A stretch of 64,000 bases of DNA from Gnetum montanum (lineage: Eukaryota > Plantae > Gnetophyta): positions 455,484 to 519,483 of the forward strand of contig MNCI01002989.1 in assembly GCA_015680685.1 (NCBI GenBank). The letters run 5' to 3'. The notes beneath the pieces are model-generated. The model had not been told where the DNA came from. It was given only the letters and a program-made list of their open reading frames with translations, and made no database searches. Positions 51,609-62,815 of the stretch are shown one piece after another (positions within the stretch are counted from its first letter, which is position 1; each line of letters begins with the position of its first letter). Made by a program: the position numbers and the translations under genes.

Positions 51609-52643
51609 CTACCGTCTATTAAGTCTTTGGTTGAGTGAATACACCCCAGACTCTTGTAGATGTGAGATGATTGGACAACATCCCTTAGGATGGTCATATT
51701 GGTATATCTCACATCCACCATCATTGTCTGTATCTGAATCCACAACCTCATCAGAGATATTCATTTTTCCCTTACCCTTCTCACATGCAGGGCCTGAATC
51801 TCTCCGCTTTTTCTTGTCCTTGTCACTACTTCGTTCCTCCTTAGACTCCTCTATAATTTTCAGGACAATTTCAATTTTACTATCTAAGGAGCTCCATATT
51901 TCATCCACCTTAGCCGATACTTCCATTGTTAGCTTCTGAAGTGGCAAGGTTTTCCTATTCACCAACTCTTCGAGTGGTGACTCATCCTCTTCATCGCAAA
52001 ATCTCACTCCCTTCTTTCGAAGGGAGGGATCACAGTTATATTCTTCCGCACTTTCTCTGTTTCGTAGCTCCCCTTCTTCTTTAGCTACTTGCTCCAACAA
52101 TCGATGAATTTCATGAGATCTAAGTTCTGATAGTCTCCCTTGGGCATAAGTCCCAAGGGTTCTCCTAGTTTCATACCTTAGCCCATCTACAAGAAGGTGA
52201 AGTTGATCCTGTTGTGCGTAATCATGGCCCGGGCAATGATGTAACAATGCGTAGTAGAGGCCCATGGTAGCATCCAAGGGTTCATGAGTACCTTGCTTCC
52301 ATCCTTGGATCTTCTTATGCAAGTTAGACACTCTGGAGTATGTTTGATATTTATCGTTGAAGAGTTCTAACATCGTACTCCACCTCCTAATGGTTTCCAA
52401 CTCTAAGGACTGGTACCAATTCTCTGCTTTCTTTATGAGTGTCCTGGAAAACAACTTCGGTTTCTGCCACGCATTTTCTATGTTTTGCAAGGTGCAGGCA
52501 TCATGAAATGCCTGTAAATGATTTTGCAGATCCGTGTTATATCCCCCTTCGAAGCGTGAGATATTGTTCATATCTAAGCACTTGATTTGGCTATCTTTTT
52601 TATGCCTTTTTGGTATTCTCACTGCCTCCATTATATCTAGCAT
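51609..52643 (-). CDS. Retrotransposon gag core (344 aa open segment of a disrupted gag-PR)
   Basis: FEGGYNTDLQNHLQAFHDAC, KLFSRTLIKKAENWYQSL, W..MLELFNDKY, KQGTHEPL, LLHHCPGH, DGLR. Confidence 0.88.
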   Translation of the reverse strand: MLDIMEAVRIPKRHKKDSQIKCLDMNNISRFEGGYNTDLQNHLQAFHDACTLQNIENAWQKPKLFSRTLIKKAENWYQSLELETIRRWSTMLELFNDKYQTYSRVSNLHKKIQGWKQGTHEPLDATMGLYYALLHHCPGHDYAQQDQLHLLVDGLRYETRRTLGTYAQGRLSELRSHEIHRLLEQVAKEEGELRNRESAEEYNCDPSLRKKGVRFCDEEDESPLEELVNRKTLPLQKLTMEVSAKVDEIWSSLDSKIEIVLKIIEESKEERSSDKDKKKRRDSGPACEKGKGKMNISDEVVDSDTDNDGGCEIYQYDHPKGCCPIISHLQESGVYSLNQRLNRR

Positions 52644-53651
52644 GCTTTGCGTGGCAAGTAGGGGTTCATCATGATCATCTCTTTCGTGACGTCTATGATG
52701 TCTATGTTGTTCCCTACTTTCCCTTCTTTCATGCCCTTGTCCTCGCTCCTGACTCTCTCGTCGAGGTCTCTCATTTTGCCTACCTCTATCCTCATCATTA
52801 TGCTCTTTATGACTATGCCCAGATGTGGAAGGAGAGGGTGAATGATGTGATGAAGGTGAAGAAGAAGGAGAACCGCCATAACGATGTTTCTTACCTTCTC
52901 TTTGATGGCTTCAGCCTCGATCGTGATGACAATCTGAGTGCCTGTCCTTGTCACGTCTTGTTGTTCCCTCAGTGAACAGTTGGCATTGACGAGGATCAAA
53001 ACCAGGGTTGTGTATCATAGAGCATAGGTTCTGATACCCACCTCCTCACTATTGTTAGGAGGGGGAACATCATTTGATGGAGAACCCTTTATAAGTGGTT
53101 CACCATCTCCAATTTCACTTAGGACGTGCGGGACCTCTTTGCCCTTCAATAGTGTATGGTGGCTCTCCTGCCTTGAGTCCCTTGAACGTTGTGCTTCTAT
53201 GGGATGATAATCCCTTGTGTCAAAATCACCTATAACATATTCAGCATAGAGCTGAGTCATGCCAATCTATACCAAAGCACGAAGGAGCATGTTGGGGAAT
53301 GCACGATCTGGAGGTAACACTATGTTACCTTGCAAGTCTCTCCAGCGCATCTATTCATCCTGATGGAGGATAAAAGTAAAATTAGGTATATACTCATCGG
53401 GATGAGTATATACCACCCTATATTGTTGAGGAACTGACGGATTTTGGTTATGTGTTTTAGATTACCGACTGTTTCTTGTATGATCCCTAGGTGGTGTAAT
53501 GCTCTTGTGAGAAGAAGAAGAAGACATTGTCTTTTATCAGTGTGCTAATTAACCATTATATAATTTTTTGTTTAATTAACCCTAAGGGTTCATTTAAACT
53601 CCCAACGATGTGAGTGATCTCCTATGTTCTACTTAGCGCACAAACACTTAG

Positions 53652-53669
53652 TCCCCGACAATGGTGCCA
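53652..53669 (-). promoter_or_regulatory. Primer binding site complementary to the tRNA-Asp 3' end
   Basis: Minus strand TGGCACCATTGTCGGGGA vs Athila-type TGGCGCCGTTGCCGGGGA (three transitions), 1 nt from the LTR. Confidence 0.88.
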
Positions 53670-53670
53670 A

Positions 53671-54444
53671 TGATGAGTGGCGAGGTACCCCTACACTCAA
53701 CCATACAAATACGAGTGTAACACGCACGATCCAGTCGAACTCCATACACTAAGTGCCTACACGCCTCATGGAACACTTAAGGTTAATTATTCGTTATCTT
53801 CCCAGACTTATAGTTGTCACGGTGTATGGTTAAGTAAGTCTAAGGTATATGATTTTTATGTCTTTTCAGTTTTATCTCCTATGCTGATAAGGTGAAGGGT
53901 GAAGAGACTAATTACTAACTTCAACTAACTAACTAAGTCTTAATTAACCTAGCGTCAACATCTATTCCCAGTTACTGTTCACACCCTGAACCAATGCAAC
54001 CTTGGTTACCAAACGCTAATCGTTGATGGGATCACCAAGCGTAACGCATGTGCTCGAAGTGGTTGTACTGAGGCACTTAACTAGGAGAGAAGGGTTGAGA
54101 GAGAATTAATTACTAATAAAGCATTTAAATAATAAATAATAAATAACAGTAAATAAAATCCTATTTAGCCTATTCCATGCACTGCAAGGTTTATCCAAGA
54201 AGTTTGTCTTTATTGTCGTACACAAACATGTGTTCAAGTACAATATTTGCTCGAATAAAGATCCATTCACTTTGGAGCTCCTACTGCGAGCACATGGAAA
54301 ATATTCTATCTCTGGAGAGGTAAAACTACCAGAGTTTTGCTAAGGGTCTAGATCTAGATGAGAAACAAAGGGAGAGCCACCTCTTATTTATAGACTTGGC
54401 AGCATACCGCGATATCGCAGCGGACGTGATATCGTGTCCCATCA
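53671..54444 (-). repeat. 5' LTR (774 bp)
   Basis: Direct repeat of 47388-48195; differences are mostly transitions plus a ~30-bp indel in the GATATC repeats. Confidence 0.95.
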
Positions 54445-54475
54445 GTATTGGAATGGATGATCTTTAAAGAAAACT
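54445..54475 (+). pseudogene. 3' part (box C) of the split 5S-derived fragment
   Basis: GTATTGGAATGGATGATCTT directly after the LTR end CATCA. Confidence 0.8.
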
Positions 54476-54602
54476 TGTTTTTCATGCCCAAAGTTTTAGA
54501 CTTCATAGAGCATAAATTTTAATTCTATATGCCTTTTTTTGACAACCAAAGATTCATTTTCTACACATTTTAACCTTTCATAAAAATACATAGAGTCTAT
54601 GA

Positions 54603-54687
54603 TTTGGGACTAAGAATCAAACCCAAGAATTTTTAATTATTAACCTCAATATCTTATGCTTCATATAGCTAACCACCAAAGACAAGC
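54603..54687 (-). pseudogene. tRNA-like module
   Basis: Homologous copy. Confidence 0.55.
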
Positions 54688-56030
54688 TTTTTCATACTAA
54701 ATAATTAAAATAATTTAATTATATTGAATAAATTTTATTAAAAAAATAAGAAATATATTTAAAGAAAATTAAATTTTGGGTTGTGGCCCTTATCATTATA
54801 GTTTGGGTAGAATAACCACTTTTACTAGTTATGCACCACTAGCATTGTATCCTCATGAAAGAGCCCTATGTTATTTCCATGTCATCTATGAATTCCTACA
54901 TGTCCTTTGTCAAGCCTTAGCCTTACCATGTCACTCTAATTGCTCTTGTGCTACATCTTCTCTACCACATCATTCCTGTTGCATCACTTGAACTTGTGGT
55001 TGCAGCAAATCCTTATTTGTTGCTCATGTAGTTCTTTCATTATCCTCATTCCATGACTGTTCTCACATTTCTTTGTGTCTATCACTACTAGTAGGACTGG
55101 CATAATTACAATGTGGTTGTTGCACTACCATGAGTCATCATGGCAAGCCCCCACCAACAATGTTATCTTACAGCAGGCATGGTCACCCTTGCTATTTTCT
55201 ACAATCCATCATTGTAAAAGACCACCAATTTTGGCCAAGTTGCAATAAGAGAAATCCTCATAGCTACCATAGTCATGGCCCTCTACCATAGGCATAGTTC
55301 TTGCATAGCCAGTGTAACTTATTGCCTTGTGCTACATTCTTGCTATTACTATGTGTTGTGTTATCCTTCCTTCATTGCATGCACCATAGTTTCATGTAGT
55401 CTATTCCATTACTCCTCTACCATTTTCCATGCATAGCAATTCTTTGTTCTACACTCTTCATGCCCTATCATCCTTTTCCTTCTTTCCTAGGTGTCATGTC
55501 TTGCTACTCCATTAACTTAGACCATGCCTACCTATGTTTCTTATTCTTTATTATATTGCTCCATGTTTTACTACATTTTCTTTGCTGCCATGAATACCAT
55601 CACCACCACCACCTACACCTCCATCATTTCCACCTTTACCTTGACCATCATAAAAAAGTCACTAAAAATTTCAGTAGTCCATGATGATCATACAAAACAT
55701 CTGCACCATAAAATCATACCTACCATGAAGCTTCGTAGACACTGCTAGCATTGTAAAATCTTGCCTCCTAAGGATTTCCTTAGGTACAATCAATGCCATA
55801 AAATATTATTTGCCATGATTGTTTAATGTACACCACTATCTTCATCAGCCTTCCACCTCGAAAAGTTCAAAAATGGGAAAGTTTTCTATCAATTAATAGA
55901 AAAATTCAAATAATTTCATTAATTTAATAATGTTTCAAATCCTTCATAACAAGCAGTAGAATTTAAACTTGAAAATTTGGAGAAATTATTTTTTAAAAAA
56001 ATCTGATGTGTTATTAGCAACTAGGATAAA

Positions 56031-56093
56031 AATTTCATAATTAAGCATGCTCATCCTAGAGTAGTATTAGGATGGCTAACCTCTTGGGAAGTT
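56031..56093 (+). pseudogene. 5S rRNA-derived fragment
   Basis: TTAAGCATGCTCATCCTAGAGTAGTATTAGGATGGCTAACCTCTTGGGAAGT. Confidence 0.88.
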
Positions 56094-56219
56094 TGGTTTA
56101 CCATGCCAATAGTTTTACACTTTCAAAATCATAACTTTTTATTCTTGATGTCTTTCTTGGCAAACAAAGATTCATTTTCTACAAATTTCAAATTCTTGTA
56201 AAAAATATAATGTTAAAAA

Positions 56220-56303
56220 GTTGAAGCTAGAAATCAAGCTTAAGGCCTCTTGATTATTAACCTTAACATCTTATGCTTCATACAGCTAAACATAAAAACC
56301 AAG
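56220..56303 (-). pseudogene. tRNA-like module
   Basis: Degenerate homologous copy. Confidence 0.5.
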
Positions 56304-57609
56304 TTGTTTTATTAAATAATTAATATAATAAAATTATATTTAACACTTTTCATTAGTAAAAATAATAATCATAAATATATTTCAAGAGAAAAATAAATTT
56401 TGAGCTTTGGCCCTAACACCTAAGGATGGAGCTAGCCAGTTGTTGTGTCTATCTACACACACCACTAGCCATGTAACCCCATGAAATAGTCTTGTGATAT
56501 TTCCATTTCATCTACTACTACTTGCATTCATTCTACCAAGCCTTGGTCCCACTATGTTATTGCAATCACCTCTACATCACCTCTCTTCTACTACATCATT
56601 CCTGTTGCACTCGTTAATCCAATCTCTATCACACCATTGCAACCAACCTTCTTTTGTGGCCTATGCCATCCTCCCATGGTAATTTCTCCCTCAATACCTT
56701 CATGTCCTCCTACAACTATGATCATTGGTAAGCCCAACCTAGATTTAGCACAACCATTACATTGTCGCAAGCCACTTTCAAGAGGGATTACTTGCCATAG
56801 GAATGGTAAGCCATGCCATCCTCCACCATCCTTCGTAGTGACAAACCACTAATTATGCCTAAGAGATAACAAGAAAAACCCTCATGGCTACTATAGTTGT
56901 AGCCTTCCATTGTAGCTACATATCCTGCATAGCAAGTATTACATATCATATTACACTACCTTCCTACTACCACTATGCCCATCCTCAACCACATGTGCCA
57001 TATTTCCATGTAGCACCTACTATTATTCATCTATTACTACATGTGCATTATTATCCTCTATTTTTTTCTCTTCATGCCTTATCATCCTATTCTATCCTTG
57101 CCAAGTGATGTGCCCTATAATTGTGTTTATTTTGGTCATGCCTCTTTGAGCATCTTGCTCTCTAGCATCACCCTCCATGTTTTGCATCATCCTTTCCATT
57201 GATGCACATGTTTTATTCACCACTTGCTATGCCTCCATCACCACTGTCTTCAAGTTCATTATTATTGAAAACCCCATCAAAAGTTTCGGTAGTTGATGTT
57301 GATTACATATAATATTGGAATAATAAAATCCTACTTCCTATCAAGCTCTATAAACATTGCCAATATCATAAAATCATAACTTCAATGGATCTCCAATGAT
57401 CACCACTAACATTGTAAAATCCTACCTTCCATGAAGGTTTGATGAATACCACTAGCCTACCTCCTTTGTGGGTTCAGTAATGGGAAAATTTTCTATTAAT
57501 CAACAGAAATTTAAAACACATCAAAGAAAATCCCATAAATTTTAAATTTGAAAGTGGAGGAAAAATTTTCAAAAATGAAATTAGATGCATTAGCTAAAAC
57601 TAGGATAAA

Positions 57610-57672
57610 AATTCAATAATTAACCATGTTCATCCTCAAGTGGTACTAGGATGGATGATTATTTGGGAAGTC
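57610..57672 (+). pseudogene. 5S rRNA-derived fragment
   Basis: GTACTAGGATGGATGA..TGGGAAGTC. Confidence 0.8.
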
Positions 57673-57799
57673 TTGTTTTCTATGCCCAAAGTTTTAGAGT
57701 TTGATAATGATAACTTTTGATTTTGGACACTTTTTTAGCAAATTAAGATTTGTTTTCTATAAATTTCAATGTCCTATAAAAGAAACTTAATGTTAAAAA

Positions 57800-57884
57800 G
57801 TTCAAACTTGGAATCAAACCTAAGATCTCATAATTATTAACCTCAACATCTTATGCTTCATATAGCTAAGTACTAAAGACAAGC
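57800..57884 (-). pseudogene. tRNA-like module
   Basis: GGAATCAAACCTAAGATCTC. Confidence 0.55.
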
Positions 57885-59315
57885 TTTTACTTATCAAAAA
57901 GTTAATGTACTTTATTTATATTTAAAAATTTTCATTAATAAAATAATAATAATAATATTTAAAGAATAAAAATTAATTTTTAGGGTTTAGCCCTATCCCT
58001 TTGGATTAGGGCTATCTAATCACTATGGCTAACTATGCACCACCGCTAGCCATGTAGCCTCATGATGTTGATCTATCATCTATTATTGGATGCATCTCAT
58101 CTACCAAGTCTTGCCTCATTGTATTATTCTATGTTATTTGCTACTCTCCACACGCCTTCTACCAAGCCTTGGCCCTACCATGGCACTCTAGTCACCACTA
58201 CATTGTTTATCTTTTACCACATCATTCCTGCGACACCACATGACCTTGCTGTTTCCATGCTATTGTAACCAACCCTTGATTTTAGCCAACATGGACCTTT
58301 CATAGCACTCACTTCCTCATGGCTCTTATATTCCTCTACATCTACCACTTCTAGCAAGGCTAGCCTAGCTATGGCACAACCACTACACTGCAATAAGGCA
58401 TCACAACAAGTTGTTACCAATAGGGCAAGCTTGTTGTGGGTATTGTTGAACTTGCCATTATTTGTAGTGGTAGGCCATCAATTGCATCCAAGATGTAATA
58501 AGAGAAATGCTCATGGCCACCATAACCATGACCCTTATTTGTAGCCATCTTTCCCATGCAACTGATGTGGCTTGTTGCTTGGTCCTACCTTTTCACTATC
58601 GCTTTGTGCTATTTCACACTTCTTCCACTACACATGTCATCAGCCCTTACACCCCCTACCATCATTCCTCTACTATTATTCATGAACTACTTATTTATTC
58701 TATGTTATTCATGACCTATCATCTTGGATCATACTTACCAGGTGTCACACCCTACTACTACATAAATTTTAGCTACACCTTTGTGCATGCAGTATCCTCC
58801 AATGCCATTCTTTGCATTTTGTGCCATTGTTTCCAATGCTACACATGTTATTTTTGCCACTCCCTATGTCTCAGTCACGATTTCCTTCATTTGCACTATA
58901 GCAAAAAATCCCACTGCAAATTTAAAAGTCCACAATAATCCTAAATAGCATCGACACTATAAAATCCTACATTCCAAGGAACTACGTAGACATTGTCAAC
59001 AACATAAAAGCCTACCTCCCATGAAGCTTTGTAGATACCACTAGTGCTATAAAATCCTACCTTTCATAGAGCTTCATAGATACTCCTAACATTGTAAAAT
59101 CCTACCTTTCATGAAGGTCATACGGATACTACCAATGCCATGAAATCCTACCTCCTAGAATGCTTTGATGGACATTGTGAATATCACTAGCCTACCTTTT
59201 GTTAATCAATTGAAAATTCAAACATATCAAGAAAAAGCATTAAATTTTAAATTGAAAACACATAAAGGAAAGTTTTAAAAAGGAAATTTGAAATGTTGGT
59301 AGCAACTATGATAAA

Positions 59316-59377
59316 AATTTCACAATTAAGCATGACATCTTGGAGTACTATTAGGATGGATGATCTCTTTGGAAGTA
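59316..59377 (+). pseudogene. 5S rRNA-derived fragment
   Basis: TTAAGCATG..TAGGATGGATGATCTCTTTGGAAGT. Confidence 0.78.
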
Positions 59378-59502
59378 TCATTTTTCATGCATAAAGTTTT
59401 AAACTTTGAAAGACATAGCTTTTAATTTCAACATATTTTTCAACAAAGAAGAGTCATTTACTATGGATTTCAATCTCCCATAAAAAGACATTATGTTAAA
59501 AT

Positions 59503-59585
59503 GTTTGGATTATGAATTAAACCCAACAACTCCTATTTACTAACCTCAACATTTTATGCTTCATATAGAAAATTACCAAATCTAA
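59503..59585 (-). pseudogene. tRNA-like module
   Basis: Degenerate homologous copy. Confidence 0.45.
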
Positions 59586-60883
59586 TATTTTGCTTGTAAA
59601 AAATTAATATACTTTAATTATATTTAAATCATTTTATTAAAAATAAAATAATTTCAATATATTTAAAGAAAAAATTAAATTTTGATTTTTTCCCTTAATC
59701 CTTATGGTTAGGGCTACCCAACCTTTGTGGCCATCTATGCATTGATGGTCATGCTACATCATGTAATAGCCTTATGCTAAATCCACATCAACAGTTTTAG
59801 ATTGCATGCCTTCTACTAAGACTTGAACCTAGCATGCCATTATGTTCATAAATGCACCATCTAACTTCTACCTTCCTATTTTTACCACATTGGTTAATCC
59901 CACTACTATTGCATCATTACAACCAATCCCTTTCATGGCATTTGCTCCCTCATCAGCATTACTTTTCTCTATGCCTACTACCATTTACAAGGGTACCTTG
60001 GCTATAGCATGACCATCACTCAATTACAAGGCATCATAGAAGGCCACCACTGGAAAGCTTTTCTTACTGCATGCATCACTAGACTTGTTGTTCTTCACTA
60101 TTCTCTATAGCAGTAGGTAATCGATTGTGGCCAAGAAGTAATAAGAGAAACCTTCATGGCTTCTAATGTTATGGAGCTCCACTATAGTTCTACTTCTTCC
60201 ATAGTTAACATGACATGTCACCTTGTGCTATCTTTCTATCACTACTACATAATGTTTCATCCATCCTTCACTATTCATATCATTATCTAATTTAGCTCAT
60301 GTTATCATTCATCTGCCACTACCTAGGCACCACTAGTCTTTGTTTCATGCTCTTCATTCCCTATCATCATGTGTTGTCTTTACTAGGTAATGCACCCTAC
60401 TACTACACTATTTTGGCCATGTTTTCCTTAACAACCTATCCCCTAGAATTATATTTTTTGTTTTGCATCCTTTAATCTACTGTTGCGCATGCTATTTTTT
60501 CATCAACTATGCCTCCATCACCAACACCTTTACCTCCTTCATTATTGAAGATCCTATTGGAAATTTTGGTAGTGCATTGCTACAATCAATACTATCAACA
60601 TGGTAAACTTCTATCTACCATAGAGTTAGATAGTACTGATGACATAAAATCTTAACTTCTATAAAGCTCATATGGACACCACTAGTGCTATCAAATTATA
60701 CCTTCCATGGAGCTTCACCAGATACTACTAGCCTTCCTTCTTAATAGTTTCAACAATGGAAAAATTTGTTGTCAATCAATAGAACTTTTAAACACATCCA
60801 AAATAAGTAGTAAAATATAAATTCAAAAAGTGCAGAAAATTTTCAAAAAGGAAATTTGGCACATTGACAGCAACTAGGCTAAA

Positions 60884-60946
60884 AATTCTAGAATTAAACA
60901 CTCTCATCTTGCCCTAGTAGTGGGATGGGTGACTTGTTAGGAAGTC
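60884..60946 (+). pseudogene. 5S rRNA-derived fragment
   Basis: Retains exact box C GGATGGGTGAC. Confidence 0.78.
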
Positions 60947-61073
60947 TTGTTTTTTGTTCCTAAAGTTTTAAACTTTGGAAATCATAAGTTTTAATTTTGG
61001 ATGCCTTCTTTTGAAAAACTAAGAGTTTTTTTCTTTAGATTTCAACTTCCATAAAAAATACTTAATGTTAAAA

Positions 61074-61159
61074 AGTTGGTACCAGGAATCAATCCTAAGA
61101 TGTTCTAATTATGAACATCAACATCTTATGCTTCATATAGTTAATCAATACAGTCAAGC
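61074..61159 (-). pseudogene. tRNA-like module
   Basis: Homologous copy. Confidence 0.5.
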
Positions 61160-62540
61160 TTTTGCTTATTAAAAAAAGAATGTAATTTAATTTTATTAAC
61201 TTTTTTCATTAATAATAATAATAATAATATATTTAAAAAAACAAATTAAATTTTTATCTTTGGCAATAATGCTTAATGTTAGGGCTGTGTAGCACCATGC
61301 AATAGTCACATGCCATTTTTGTATCATTTGTTACCATTCACATGCCTTTCACTAGACCTCAACCTCACTATGTCACTTGACTCTTTGGTACATCATCTCT
61401 CCTCTATTGCACCATTCCTACTACACCACCTGAACCTACTGCCACCATGCCATTGCAACATATCCTTTTTTGTTATACACATGCTCCTTTCATGATCCTT
61501 TCTCCCTCACCATCCTCATGTTCCTTTATGCCTACTGCCACTAGTAAGGTTGGCTTGGCTATAGCATGGCCACTATTCTATCGCAAGGCATTGTGGCAAG
61601 TCACCGATGTCAGAGTAAGGTTACTACAAGAAAGATCAACCTCTTCATTTTCTACCATCCTTCATAGTGGAAGACAATTAACTACTTTTAAGAGGCAACA
61701 AGAGGAACCCTCATGATAGCCATAGTGTGGTCATAGTGTGGTCCTTCACTGCAGCTATAGTTCTCGTGCAATTGGCAAGACTTATTATCTTGCACTACCT
61801 TCTTGTTGTTACTAAAGGCTATTTTACTCTTCCTCCACATGTGTCCCATGCCATTGTTCCTATACCAATGCTTATGCATAATTATCCTTTGTTCTATGCT
61901 CTTCATGCCCTATCATCCTACTACTATGCTAATTTTGGTGATATGCACCTACATTTTCTATCATCTAGTGCTATCATCCATTTTTTATGCCATTTTTTCC
62001 ACTACCGTGAATGCAATTTTTGCCACCATCTACACCTCCATCATTGTTGCCTTCACCTCTATTGTTGTTTAAAATCCCATCTAAAATTTCAATAATCCAT
62101 GATGACTATGGATACCATTATCATCATAAAATCCTACCTCAAATGAAGCTCTACAAATACCATTGATGTTGTAAAATCCAACCTCCCATGGAGTTCTATG
62201 GACATGCCAGCAGTATCAAATGCTACCCTCACAGAGCTCTATGGATATCGTTTATATCATAAAATCCTACCTTTCATGAAACTCTAATGCACACTATCAA
62301 CAACATAAAATCTTGACCTCCACCAAGCTTTGATAGATAGCACTAGCATCACTGGCCTACAACCTTGGCAACTTTAGCAATGAGAAGCTTTTCTATCAAT
62401 TACTAGAAAAAATCAAAAAAAATTTGTCAATCAATGAAAATTTCAAGCACATCAAAATTAGGCAATAAAATTTCAACTTGAAAACATGAATAATAAATTT
62501 TAAAAGGAAAATTTGATGCCATGGTAGTAACTGGAATAAG

Positions 62541-62603
62541 AATTCCATAATTAAGTGCATTCATCTTGAAGTATTACTAGGATGAATGACATTTTGGAAA
62601 GTC
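62541..62603 (+). pseudogene. 5S rRNA-derived fragment
   Basis: TACTAGGATGAATGAC..TGGAAAGTC. Confidence 0.78.
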
Positions 62604-62730
62604 TAGATTCTCATATGTAAAGTTTTAAACATCAAAGCCATAACTTTTGATATTGGATGTCTTTGTTGGTAAAAAAAGAGACATTTTCTATAAATGTCAA
62701 CATCTTATTAAAAAATTTTAATGTTAAAAA

Positions 62731-62815
62731 GCTAGGGTTGGAAATCGAACCTAAGATCTCCTAATTATTAGCCTCATCATGTTATTCTTCACATAACTAA
62801 TCACTTGATCTAGGC
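62731..62815 (-). pseudogene. tRNA-like module
   Basis: Minus strand TAGGTTCGATTTCCAACCCTAGC followed by TTTTT. Confidence 0.6.

Larger units (their letters stand above)
47388..54444 (-). mobile_element. Complete non-autonomous Athila-like LTR retrotransposon (7057 bp; gag-PR only)
   Basis: Two LTRs TGATG..CATCA, tRNA-Asp PBS, PPT, degenerate 5-bp TSD GCACT/GTATT; no RT, RH or INT motifs. Confidence 0.93.

Noticed and set aside
52637-52999. 120-aa Ile/Met/Val-rich ORF as a separate gene
   Set aside because: It is the off-frame reading of the R/H/E/S-rich gag N-terminal extension.
1352-62603. Functional 5S rDNA array
   Set aside because: The first ~40 nt of 5S are missing and the copies are highly divergent from each other.
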